From NCBI GenBank assembly GCA_037142615.1, contig JBAXAI010000020.1, positions 1 through 64,000 on the forward strand: a stretch of DNA of 64,000 bases, written 5' to 3'. The notes beneath the pieces are model-generated. The model did no database searches. It saw only the letters and a program-made list of their open reading frames with translations, and was not told the DNA's origin. Positions within the stretch are counted from its first letter, which is position 1; every line of letters starts with the position of its first letter. Of this stretch, positions 1 through 8,024 are shown piece after piece. This stretch comes from Spirochaetales bacterium (GTDB lineage: Bacteria > Spirochaetota > Spirochaetia > JABEVK01). Position numbers and translations under genes: made by a program.

Positions 1-143
1 CCGGCAGTTCTTGGCCACGTCGCTGGCGCTCCTTAGGCCCACAGTTTCCGGGCCCGCGCCCATGGTCCCTGCGGAGAACCAACCGGGCCGGTTTGTGCGG
101 ACACGCCCATATATCAGGGCTTCCGTTTATGCTATAAAGCGAC

Positions 144-1100
144 ATGAAATCCGCCTTTGTGGCCATTGTCGGCCGCCCGTCCAGTGGCAAGTCCACCTTG
201 CTCAATGCCCTGTGCGGGCACAAAGTGAGCATCGTCAGCCCCATTCCGCAGACCACCCGCAACCAAGTGCGCGGCATTGTGAACCGTCCGCAGGGGCAGA
301 TCGTGTTCCTCGACACCCCCGGGTTTCACCTGAGCGAAAAGAAGTTCAACCTGCAGATGATGGACAACGTGGTGCGCAGCCTCAAAGACGCCGACGTCGT
401 GATTTACACCATCGACGCCAGCCGTCCCGCCGGGGCCGAAGAGAACGCACTGATCGAAAAACTGAAAAAAGCCCACAAGCCGCTGGTGCTGGCGCTCAAC
501 AAGATGGACTTCAAGCTGCAGAGCGCCGACAGCATCGAGGCGCACGTGCGCAGTCAACTGGAGCTGGCGGCTGCGGTGCGCATCAGCGCGCTCAAACAGA
601 CCAACCTCGACGCACTGTTCGACGCGGTGTTTGCCGAGGCGAAAGAGGGTCAGGCCTGGTACCCAGAAGAGTACTACACCGACCAGGACCCCAGCTTCCG
701 CATCAGCGAGATCATCCGGGAGCAGGCCATCAACCGCCTCAAGGACGAGATTCCGCACGCGCTGTACGTCGAGGTGGCCGATGCCGAGGTGAAGGCCACC
801 GCGAACTCGGGGCTCATCGACAAGACCGACGAGTTCCTCGCCGACGAGAGCGGCAAGAAGGCGAAAGAAACTCTCTGGGTGAGAGCCTTTCTGACGGTGG
901 AGCGCGACAGCCAGGTGGGCATCGTGGTGGGCAAGGACGGAGCCGGCATCAAGGCCATCCGCCAAGCTGCGCAGAAGGAGCTGGGCAAGATTTTCAGCCA
1001 GCACATCCAGCTCGACCTGCGCGTGAAGGTCAACTCCAAATGGCGCACCAAGGACCACCTGATCAGCGGCATTTTGGGGTCGAGTCAGCCCAAGGAATAG
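144..1100 (+). CDS. era: GTPase Era
   Basis: GRPSSGKS P-loop, PQTTRN, DTPG, NKMD, then a KH domain (REQAI..EIPH, SQVGIVVGKDG); ~20 aa insertion in the KH region. Confidence 0.97.
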   Translation: MKSAFVAIVGRPSSGKSTLLNALCGHKVSIVSPIPQTTRNQVRGIVNRPQGQIVFLDTPGFHLSEKKFNLQMMDNVVRSLKDADVVIYTIDASRPAGAEENALIEKLKKAHKPLVLALNKMDFKLQSADSIEAHVRSQLELAAAVRISALKQTNLDALFDAVFAEAKEGQAWYPEEYYTDQDPSFRISEIIREQAINRLKDEIPHALYVEVADAEVKATANSGLIDKTDEFLADESGKKAKETLWVRAFLTVERDSQVGIVVGKDGAGIKAIRQAAQKELGKIFSQHIQLDLRVKVNSKWRTKDHLISGILGSSQPKE

Positions 1101-1106
1101 GAAGCC

Positions 1107-1406
1107 CTACTTTCCCCCGGCGTTGCGGATGAGCTTGGCCGCTTCCGAGTTGCCGTTGTCGGTGGCATAGCCCAGGGCCGTCAGGTTGCTTTTCGACACC
1201 AAGGCGAGGTTGGTCTTTGCTGCGATCAACTGCTTGATGGCCCCCAGAAAGTTGCGACCCGCCGCCAGCATCAACGCTGTCTGGCCGTACTTGTCGACCA
1301 GATTGACGTCGGCTTTGGCGGCCAGAAGTTCCTTCACCAGTTTGATGTTCTTCGTCGTAACGGCGTGCATCAACGGTGTTGTACCGTTCGCATCCTGAAT
1401 GTCCAT
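1107..1406 (-). CDS. Small ankyrin-repeat protein
   Basis: GTTPLMHA / GQTALMLA / NLTALGYA repeats; GGAGG upstream. Confidence 0.9.
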   Translation of the reverse strand: MDIQDANGTTPLMHAVTTKNIKLVKELLAAKADVNLVDKYGQTALMLAAGRNFLGAIKQLIAAKTNLALVSKSNLTALGYATDNGNSEAAKLIRNAGGK

Positions 1407-1425
1407 AGGTCCCTCCTTGGGAGTG

Positions 1426-2241
1426 TCAGCGGCGGTTGGTCGTCATCCATGGGGTGGCAAAGTCGACCAGCTCGCGCTGGCTCATCAACCGCGCCTGCGC
1501 CAGACCGACGAGACCGAAGCGGGTTTGCCCGGTGGCGTCGAACGCGTTGCCCAGCGCGCCAAAGTCATCACAATCGAGCTCGAGATCGTCAAACTCGGAC
1601 CAGCGCCTCGTGCCGTCTTCCAGCACGGGCATTCCGTTGCGCTTCCACGACTTACCGGCGTAGCCCACCCGGTAGTCAGCCAAGTGGAGCGACGTGTTGC
1701 GCTCGTGCCCGACTCCGAGCAAAAGCACCCGCCCATCGAGGTCACACAGCCGCGCCAGCGGGCTGGTCTCGCCCAAGCTCATCGCCAGGCCGTGGTCGCG
1801 CGTCACCAGGCCGCGGTGACGGCCCCAGGCGGCGAACGACACCTGCGGGTGGCCGCTTCGCACCACGCCAGTTTGCTTGCGAAAGGTCTCGGCCAAACGG
1901 CCCATGCCCCGGGTGGGTGTCAGGTCGGGGTCAAACGCCGGCATTTCGGCCCGGATGACGGGCCACCAGGCTTCGGGCACCGGCGGGTTCTGCCACGGGG
2001 CTGGGTCGGAAAGCTCGGCGCTGTGGGTGGGCATCACCAAGGTCCCTTCCGGCGTCAGAACCTCTTCCAGCGCCAAGATCACGGCCTGGGCCCCACCCAC
2101 CACCCAGCCCAGCGAACTGAGCGAGGAGTGCACCAGCAGCGTGTCACCGGCGCTCACGCCCAGCGCCCGCAGGTCGGCGGCCAGTGAGGTCACGGTAGCC
2201 GGGAGGTCTCCGGTTCGGGCGATCGCGTCGGCTTCGCTCAC
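1426..2241 (-). CDS. AAC(3)/YokD-family N-acetyltransferase
   Basis: [45 protein letters not shown]. Confidence 0.93.
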   Translation of the reverse strand: MSEADAIARTGDLPATVTSLAADLRALGVSAGDTLLVHSSLSSLGWVVGGAQAVILALEEVLTPEGTLVMPTHSAELSDPAPWQNPPVPEAWWPVIRAEMPAFDPDLTPTRGMGRLAETFRKQTGVVRSGHPQVSFAAWGRHRGLVTRDHGLAMSLGETSPLARLCDLDGRVLLLGVGHERNTSLHLADYRVGYAGKSWKRNGMPVLEDGTRRWSEFDDLELDCDDFGALGNAFDATGQTRFGLVGLAQARLMSQRELVDFATPWMTTNRR

Positions 2242-2717
2242 GTTGTCGGCGTCGCCTCGAGCTCGGCTAAGTCGGCCAGCAACGTCTCCACCTCGTCTTC
2301 GGTGCTGGTCTTGAGGGCTTCGCGGGCCAGACGAACCTGGTCGAGAACCGCTTCGGGACGACCCTGAAGCCTGTAGGCTCGAGCCAGCGCCTCGCGGGCG
2401 TAGGCCCGGTAAAAGCCATCGACGGCCGGACTGCCGAGGGATCCGGGGTCAGCGGCGGCAGCCAGCGAACGCAATGCCCAGGCCTCGGCCAAGCGGGCCT
2501 CGCCCGCCAGCACGTGGGCACGGCTCACCTGCCAGGAGCCGATCGATTCGTGGGTGAGGGTATGGTCTGGGACTTCGAGCCACGCCGCGAACGAGGCGTT
2601 GGCGCGGGCCAGCATATCGAGCGTTTCGGTGGGAGTGCGATCGGGCTTGTCCATCAGGGCCCAGGCCGCGTTGTACCAAGCGGCAGCCTGGCTTTTCATC
2701 GGGTGTTTTTCGCTCAT
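2238..2717 (-). CDS. Conserved hypothetical helical protein
   Basis: ATG at 2717 chosen; stop overlaps next gene (GTGA); [29 protein letters not shown]. Confidence 0.7.
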   Translation of the reverse strand: MSEKHPMKSQAAAWYNAAWALMDKPDRTPTETLDMLARANASFAAWLEVPDHTLTHESIGSWQVSRAHVLAGEARLAEAWALRSLAAAADPGSLGSPAVDGFYRAYAREALARAYRLQGRPEAVLDQVRLAREALKTSTEDEVETLLADLAELEATPTT

Positions 2718-2748
2718 GGTTCTGCTATTGTGGGGCTGGAGAGTCCCC

Positions 2749-3900
2749 TTGTCCATCTTTGTCCGTTTCATGGTGCTCAACTTCCTCGTCAACTGCGCCA
2801 ACGGCTCGACGTCGTTGCTGCCACCGTACCTGGTGTCGCTCGGCGCAAGCCAGACCTTTGTCGGTGTCTACAACGTGCTCAGCGTGCTCATGATCGTCCT
2901 GACGGTGGTGGTGTTCGGCAAGCAATTGGTGCGACTGCCCCGGGTGGGAGCCTTGCGCTGGGGCTATGTGGTGACCGCCGGCGCGTACTTGCTTTCGTGG
3001 TATTTCAGCGGTTCGTTGCCCTTGTTGGTGGTATTTCGGGTGATTGGCGCCGTTTCGCAGGTGTTTTCATCGACCATCATGATCGCGGCGGTGTTCGAGT
3101 CGACGCCTCCGGGTCAACGGGCGGGACGCTTGGCCCTGTTCAGCGTGGCAGGCATGCTGACCAACCCGATGACCTCGCTTTTGGGAGAGACCCTGTTGGC
3201 GAACTTCGGCGGGCCCTCGCTGTTCCTTCTCGGCGCGGGGTTTGTGCTGGCCGCCTTTGTCTGGTCTTTTCTGCTGCGGGAACTCCCTCCGCTGGAGAGG
3301 GCCGAAACTCCCTCGGTGTTCCAGGTGTACCGCCGGCCCGAACTAAGGTCGCTGTTTGTGCTGACAGCCCTGTTTGGAATCTACTATTCCGCGCTGCTGA
3401 CCTTTCTGCCCCACCACACCATGGCGACGCTCGGTCAGGCCAACTTGAGCGCCTTTCTGGTGCCGTTTTCGATCGTAGCCGTTTTGATGCGGGTGTTTGT
3501 CGGCAAGCAATTCGACCGACACCCTCCCAGGCGGTTTTTGCACCTGTCGTTTTTTGCCATCTTCGTGGCCATGCTCTGCCTGCTGTTGCCCTCGTGGTGG
3601 GCCCTCGTGGTGGCGGGAACGCTGTACGGGCTCGGCCACTCGGTGCTGTACCCGATGCTCAACAGCCAGGTGGTGCAAACCGGAGGCGAGGACCACAAGG
3701 CGGCCTACAGCAACGCGTTCACGGTGGTGAACCTGACTTCCGCCGTAACCATGACGCCGTTGCTGGGCCTCTTGGGCGACTTCTGGGGCTTCGGTGCCAT
3801 CGTCACGGTGCTGGCGGTGGTGGCGCTGGCGGGGTTCTTCGTTTCGCGGCGGAGTTTTCCCAAGCCAGCATCAGGTCGACCATACGGCCATAACTCTTGA
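2749..3900 (+). CDS. MFS transporter
   Basis: About 12 hydrophobic segments, GKQFDRHPPR loop; TTG start after GGAG inferred. Confidence 0.85.
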   Translation: MSIFVRFMVLNFLVNCANGSTSLLPPYLVSLGASQTFVGVYNVLSVLMIVLTVVVFGKQLVRLPRVGALRWGYVVTAGAYLLSWYFSGSLPLLVVFRVIGAVSQVFSSTIMIAAVFESTPPGQRAGRLALFSVAGMLTNPMTSLLGETLLANFGGPSLFLLGAGFVLAAFVWSFLLRELPPLERAETPSVFQVYRRPELRSLFVLTALFGIYYSALLTFLPHHTMATLGQANLSAFLVPFSIVAVLMRVFVGKQFDRHPPRRFLHLSFFAIFVAMLCLLLPSWWALVVAGTLYGLGHSVLYPMLNSQVVQTGGEDHKAAYSNAFTVVNLTSAVTMTPLLGLLGDFWGFGAIVTVLAVVALAGFFVSRRSFPKPASGRPYGHNS

Positions 3901-4828
3901 CGCCGTCGGACTGACCTTGGCTTTTGAGGTAGGTGTCGTTCACGGCCTGCGAAACACGCTGCACAGGCCCTTGGTAGCGTTGCCAGTAGGCCTGCAGCGC
4001 GTTCCAGTCGTCTTTCACTGGCTCGGACAGGGTGGCGGAAACGCGCTTCCAGGCGTCGGCCCCTTGCGGACCCTGAGCCACGAGGGCCCCGGCGACGTGG
4101 GGGAGTGCTCCCATGGCCGCCGAATAGTTGGCACCAGGCTCACCACGCGCCATCAAAGTCTTCCAAGCCAAGAAATTAGCTTCATCTTCGCGGGCCCAGC
4201 CCAACTGGTGCTGAGCCTCGTGGGCCGCCGTAAACACCAGCGAAAACACCGGGGGGCCCACATTGACCAAGGGCTCGGCGGTCCAGGGAAGGTAGATGCC
4301 CGCGATCCCCAGCCACGACAGCGCCTCGGAGTACAACGCCGGTTTGGCGGCCGGGATGAGCGCTTTCCACGAAGCGGGAACGGCGGGGCGGCTGGTGTTG
4401 GCGGTGGCTACCAAGCCCGAAGCGAGAGATTCCAGCTCGGCCAGACTCCCACCGGTCACCTCGAGCCCGGCGCTGACCGCCCAGGGTTGCCGCTGGTAGT
4501 TCAGGCCCCAGCCAAACACAAACCACGCCAACACCAGCGACAAGATCGTCAGGTCGTACAACCAGGCGCGGGGGGTGACGAACCACAGGCCGATCAGCAG
4601 CAGAATCAGGAGCGGCAAGGCGAACTCGGCCAACGCCAGCGGCATCCAGCCCGTGACGCGCGCCCACAGGGGGTTGAGAGCGGCAAACAACCCACGGCTG
4701 TACCACGCCTCGACCAGCGCCGAGTTCAGGGAAGCCAGCCAAAACAACGCTAGGGCCAGCGGGCCGGCCGCCAGTGCCGCGAACAGCCAAGGCGACACGG
4801 CCCTAGGCCCGCGGGGTGAGGACGTCAC
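3803..4828 (-). CDS. DUF3810-family membrane protein (HExxH)
   Basis: VEAWYSRG, WGLNYQR, GIYLPWTAEP, AHEAQHQLGWAREDEANF, YLKSQGQSDGVKSY. Confidence 0.85.
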   Translation of the reverse strand: MTSSPRGPRAVSPWLFAALAAGPLALALFWLASLNSALVEAWYSRGLFAALNPLWARVTGWMPLALAEFALPLLILLLIGLWFVTPRAWLYDLTILSLVLAWFVFGWGLNYQRQPWAVSAGLEVTGGSLAELESLASGLVATANTSRPAVPASWKALIPAAKPALYSEALSWLGIAGIYLPWTAEPLVNVGPPVFSLVFTAAHEAQHQLGWAREDEANFLAWKTLMARGEPGANYSAAMGALPHVAGALVAQGPQGADAWKRVSATLSEPVKDDWNALQAYWQRYQGPVQRVSQAVNDTYLKSQGQSDGVKSYGRMVDLMLAWENSAAKRRTPPAPPPPAP

Positions 4829-5516
4829 AACTGCCGTCGGCCCGCCCTAGGTAGGCCTTTTGCGCGCGGCCGCCAAAAAGTCCGACTTCGATCACGCCGG
4901 TCAGAGTCTGGATGCGGGCTTCCATCGCCGAGCAGTCCACAGGCTGGGCAAACGTGAGGTCGAGGATGAGGTTGCCGTTGTCGGTGACCACCGGGCCGGC
5001 TTTGCCCTTGCCGTAGCGCAGCACCACCTTGGCACCGAGGGCCTCAAGCCGCCGGGTCAGGGGCACACGCGCCAGCGCGGCGATTTCGACGGGAATCGGG
5101 AACTTGGTGCCCAAGTGGGCCACGGCCTTCGACTCGTCGGCGATGATCACGAAACTTTTGCTCGCGTCGCACACGATCTTCTCTTGCAACTGTGCCGCGC
5201 CGCCACCCTTGATGCAGTCCAGGTTGGGCGAAAACTCGTCGGCCCCGTCGAGGTACAGGTCAAGCTGGCCGTTCACCTCGGGGCTCGCGAGACTGCGAAC
5301 CTGCAGCCCTTCGTTCTGGCATTGGATTTCGGTGTCAAAACTGGTGGAAACGACCACCAGCCCGGGCAGTTTGCCCTCCCGGTACAATTCGCCCGTCTTG
5401 GCAATAGCCCAATAGGCTGTGCTGCCTGTACCCAAACCCAGCTTCATGCCGGGTTTGACCAGGTCGACCACGGCTTGTTCGCCGGCGGCCTTCTTTCCGC
5501 GATCTTGTGCTTCCAT
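4803..5516 (-). CDS. rpiA: Ribose-5-phosphate isomerase A
   Basis: GLGTGST, DGADE, IKGGGAA..EKIV, VVTDNGNLILD. Confidence 0.97.
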   Translation of the reverse strand: MEAQDRGKKAAGEQAVVDLVKPGMKLGLGTGSTAYWAIAKTGELYREGKLPGLVVVSTSFDTEIQCQNEGLQVRSLASPEVNGQLDLYLDGADEFSPNLDCIKGGGAAQLQEKIVCDASKSFVIIADESKAVAHLGTKFPIPVEIAALARVPLTRRLEALGAKVVLRYGKGKAGPVVTDNGNLILDLTFAQPVDCSAMEARIQTLTGVIEVGLFGGRAQKAYLGRADGSCDVLTPRA

Positions 5517-5532
5517 GGCGAAAGTCTAGCGT

Positions 5533-5865
5533 CTAGTTGCCCTTCTGGGCCAGATACGCGTCAAACTTTTCTTCCAGCATCGACTCGATCCTTTCGGCGA
5601 AGTTTTCGTACAGGTCGAGGGTTTCGAGGTACTTGCGGTACGCAGCCAACTCCGGAGGAGGCATCAGCAACTGCCAAGCCTGCACAAACAGCACTTTGGC
5701 CAAGCGGTCCAGCCGTTCGGGCGATGGGAACTTGCGGCCCACCTCGATGTCACCCAGATAACCCAGCGAAATCTTGGCCTTTTCGGCCAAAACCGCTTGC
5801 GTCAAGTCGTAGCGGGCTCTCAGGGTTTTGAGGTTGGTGGCGAGGCTGAGCCGGGTTTCGGTCAT
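5533..5865 (-). CDS. XRE-family HTH regulator
   Basis: LTQAVLAEKAKISLGYLGDIEVGRKFPS. Confidence 0.9.
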   Translation of the reverse strand: MTETRLSLATNLKTLRARYDLTQAVLAEKAKISLGYLGDIEVGRKFPSPERLDRLAKVLFVQAWQLLMPPPELAAYRKYLETLDLYENFAERIESMLEEKFDAYLAQKGN

Positions 5866-5920
5866 AGTTCATGATGCGACCGCGAGTGCTGACTGGCAAA
5901 CTGCCAAAAGATACGATCTC

Positions 5921-5937
5921 ACTCGCTGATAGCGAGT
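5921..5937. promoter_or_regulatory. Palindrome, candidate operator between the divergent XRE and SRPBCC genes
   Basis: ACTCGCT-gat-AGCGAGT perfect 7-bp inverted repeat. Confidence 0.4.
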
Positions 5938-5988
5938 TCTGGTGAGACAGTTGAGTCCCGACGCAAGGAGTATTACACTCTGTTCATC

Positions 5989-6381
5989 ATGAACCAAATC
6001 GAACTGAAGGCGAGTTTCGCGATCCCGGCAGAAAAACTGTACAAGGCCTGGCTGAGCCCGGTCCACCATGGGGCGATGAGCTACGGCGGTGACGCCCACA
6101 TCGACGGCGTGGTGGGCGGCCATTTCGACTGTGGCGACGGCTACGTGTGGGGCCAGACTCTCGAGCTCGATCCCGGCAAGCGGATCGTGCAAAGCTGGCG
6201 TACCACCGACTTCGCCGAAGAGCAGCCCGACACCACCCTCGAAATCCTGTTTGAAGAAACCGACACAGGCTGTACCATGACCCTCGTCCACAACGGCTTT
6301 CCCGACGATCAGGTGGCGGACTACCTGCATGGCTGGAACGAGTTCTACCTCGTTCCCATGAAAGTCTACTTTGGCGGATAG
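5989..6381 (+). CDS. SRPBCC/AHA1-like domain protein
   Basis: LYKAWLS, LELDPGKRIVQSWRT, GWNEFY. Confidence 0.9.
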   Translation: MNQIELKASFAIPAEKLYKAWLSPVHHGAMSYGGDAHIDGVVGGHFDCGDGYVWGQTLELDPGKRIVQSWRTTDFAEEQPDTTLEILFEETDTGCTMTLVHNGFPDDQVADYLHGWNEFYLVPMKVYFGG

Positions 6382-7054
6382 CTCGCGGAATCTCGCGGGG
6401 TTCAGTGTCTTGGTGTGCGCCCTGATGTTGTTGGGGTCGGCGCCTGTTTTGGCGGCGCAGGATACTTTGGCGGCGCAGGACGCGCCCGTGGATTACTTGG
6501 CCGGTGTAGCCCCGGCAAAAGACCCTGCCTTTCTGGGAATCGCTGTTTCGCGGGAATCGCACAGCTGGGGTGGTTATGTTTCCGGAGGTCTGCTGGCTGC
6601 GGCAAGTGTCGCCGGGCTGGTGCGCTACCTCGACATGGAAAGCCGGGCCCATGCCTTCCGCACCCGCGGGCAAGAAGACTTTTTGCCGGCCAATGTTCCC
6701 GTTTTGCGGCAGGCCTGGGCCGATGGGCAATGGCTTCGGTGGACGCACATCGGTTTGCTGGCTGCCGGCGAAACGGTCTACCTGTACAACACCGCAACCG
6801 GAGTGAGCATGCTGTCGACCGAGACCGACGACACCAGCCAGTCGCGCCTGCACCGGTATTTGTTTTTTGGCCACTTGGGACTCATGGCGGCCGAAATCGG
6901 CGTGGGCTTTTGGGAAACCTATGCCCTCGAGCAGGGCCAGCACGAACTAGTCACCGGCTTGGGCGCCGCGCATTTGGCCCTTGGTCTTGCCATCCCGGCG
7001 CTCATCCTGGGGTCAGGGTTGGTGATCGACTTTTTTCCCGCGCTGGGGTGGTGA
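6371..7054 (+). CDS. Hypothetical membrane protein with His-containing TM helices
   Basis: Signal-like N-terminus, several TM segments; short tandem duplication LAAQDT-LAAQDA. Confidence 0.7.
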   Translation: MADSSRNLAGFSVLVCALMLLGSAPVLAAQDTLAAQDAPVDYLAGVAPAKDPAFLGIAVSRESHSWGGYVSGGLLAAASVAGLVRYLDMESRAHAFRTRGQEDFLPANVPVLRQAWADGQWLRWTHIGLLAAGETVYLYNTATGVSMLSTETDDTSQSRLHRYLFFGHLGLMAAEIGVGFWETYALEQGQHELVTGLGAAHLALGLAIPALILGSGLVIDFFPALGW

Positions 7055-7081
7055 GGCGCGGGTGACACCCAAAATTTCGAT

Positions 7082-7103
7082 GGCAAAAGTGCGTTCTGCT
7101 TCA
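7082..7103 (-). repeat. Island leader repeat, truncated terminal copy A
   Basis: ggcaaaagtgcgttctgcttca, identical to 7640-7661. Confidence 0.85.
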
Positions 7104-7114
7104 ACCAACGCGCG

Positions 7115-7312
7115 TTATTCGGCAGCCATTCGCGGCAGCTCGCGCGCGAGGATGGCCTCGAGAACTTCGTCGGCGTCTTTACCGGCTTTCTCGGCAAAAG
7201 ACCGTAACGCCAATTCTGTTGCCGGCTGGAGGTAGTGAGGGAGGATCATGTCTTCTTCTTTGATGGTGAACTTACCCTGCACAGCGCCGGTAAAGTCGTA
7301 ACTCTTTTTCAA
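7115..7312 (-). CDS. BrnA/CopG-like antitoxin
   Basis: MKKSYDFTGAVQGKF N-terminus; TTG start overlaps the brnT stop. Confidence 0.8.
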   Translation of the reverse strand: MKKSYDFTGAVQGKFTIKEEDMILPHYLQPATELALRSFAEKAGKDADEVLEAILARELPRMAAE

Positions 7313-7611
7313 AACAAACTCCTCTGCTCGTACGCGAGCGTTTCCGCCAAACTGGCCTTGCGTGCCGAGATGATTCGCAGCACGGTTTCGTCGACCGCAT
7401 GAACACGCTCGACGTGGACGACAAAGAGCAGGCGGCTGGCCTTCGAAACGCCGAGCGAAAGCCAGCGGTCTTCGGTACTCGAGTTCTCGCTATCATATTT
7501 CGACAGCATAAAAGGATCAAGGAACACGCTCGCTGCCTCGATGAACGAGATCCCGTGTTTCTCGAGATTAAGTCGGGCCTTCCGGGCATCCCACGCAAAC
7601 TGGTTCGGCAT
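7309..7611 (-). CDS. BrnT-family toxin
   Basis: FAWDARKARLNLEKHGISF, EDRWLSLG, LRIISARKA. Confidence 0.93.
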   Translation of the reverse strand: MPNQFAWDARKARLNLEKHGISFIEAASVFLDPFMLSKYDSENSSTEDRWLSLGVSKASRLLFVVHVERVHAVDETVLRIISARKASLAETLAYEQRSLF

Positions 7612-7630
7612 ACTTCATCACTTCCACCTC

Positions 7631-7678
7631 ACCAGACGGGGCAAAAGTGCGTTCTGCTTCACGCTTTGCGAAAAAATC
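7631..7678 (-). repeat. Island leader repeat copy B (upstream of brnT)
   Basis: 36/40 identical to copy C and 36/48 ungapped to copy E (manual count). Confidence 0.85.
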
Positions 7679-7763
7679 ATCCGTTCGAGATTGCTTCACG
7701 CGTGTCGGCGGGATGATAGTGCTTACCAACCACGGCGTTCTTGAAGTTATAGTGTCGCTTCAT
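7677..7763 (-). pseudogene. Truncated BrnA-like antitoxin
   Basis: MKRHYNFKNAVVGKHY matches the start of the 7115-7312 protein, but stops after 28 aa. Confidence 0.65.
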
Positions 7764-7969
7764 AAAAGCTCCTGTTCTGCAAATATACCACCGTTCCGGA
7801 GCATACCGAGCGAGACTTCCCTGTCCTCCAATTCGGAGTGAACCGTATCGGGTACCGACATGACAAACCGGTCGCCAAAAATGTTTGTAGCGTCCTCGAA
7901 TCGGACCCCGTGTTTTCGCCAATTGCTGGCTTTCTTGGCTTCATCCCACTCAAACTGAACTTTACCCAA
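7760..7969 (-). pseudogene. BrnT toxin with internal deletion
   Basis: FEWDEAKKASNWRKHGVRFEDA..EDREVSLG present; the VVH..RIISAR segment is missing. Confidence 0.8.
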
Positions 7970-7984
7970 ATCTGGCCTCGGTGT

Positions 7985-8024
7985 ACCAGACAGGCAAGAA
8001 GTGCGTTCTGCTTCACGCTTTGCG
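7985..8024 (-). repeat. Island leader repeat copy C (contains the stop codon of the MmeI-like gene)
   Basis: accagacaggcaagaagtgcgttctgcttcacgctttgcg. Confidence 0.85.

Noticed and set aside
1426-2241. Acquired aminoglycoside resistance gene
   Set aside because: YokD-like chromosomal homologue with no mobile context; resistance cannot be inferred from sequence
7082-8024. Three direct repeats as a CRISPR array
   Set aside because: Spacing of about 350-560 bp containing genes; no cas genes
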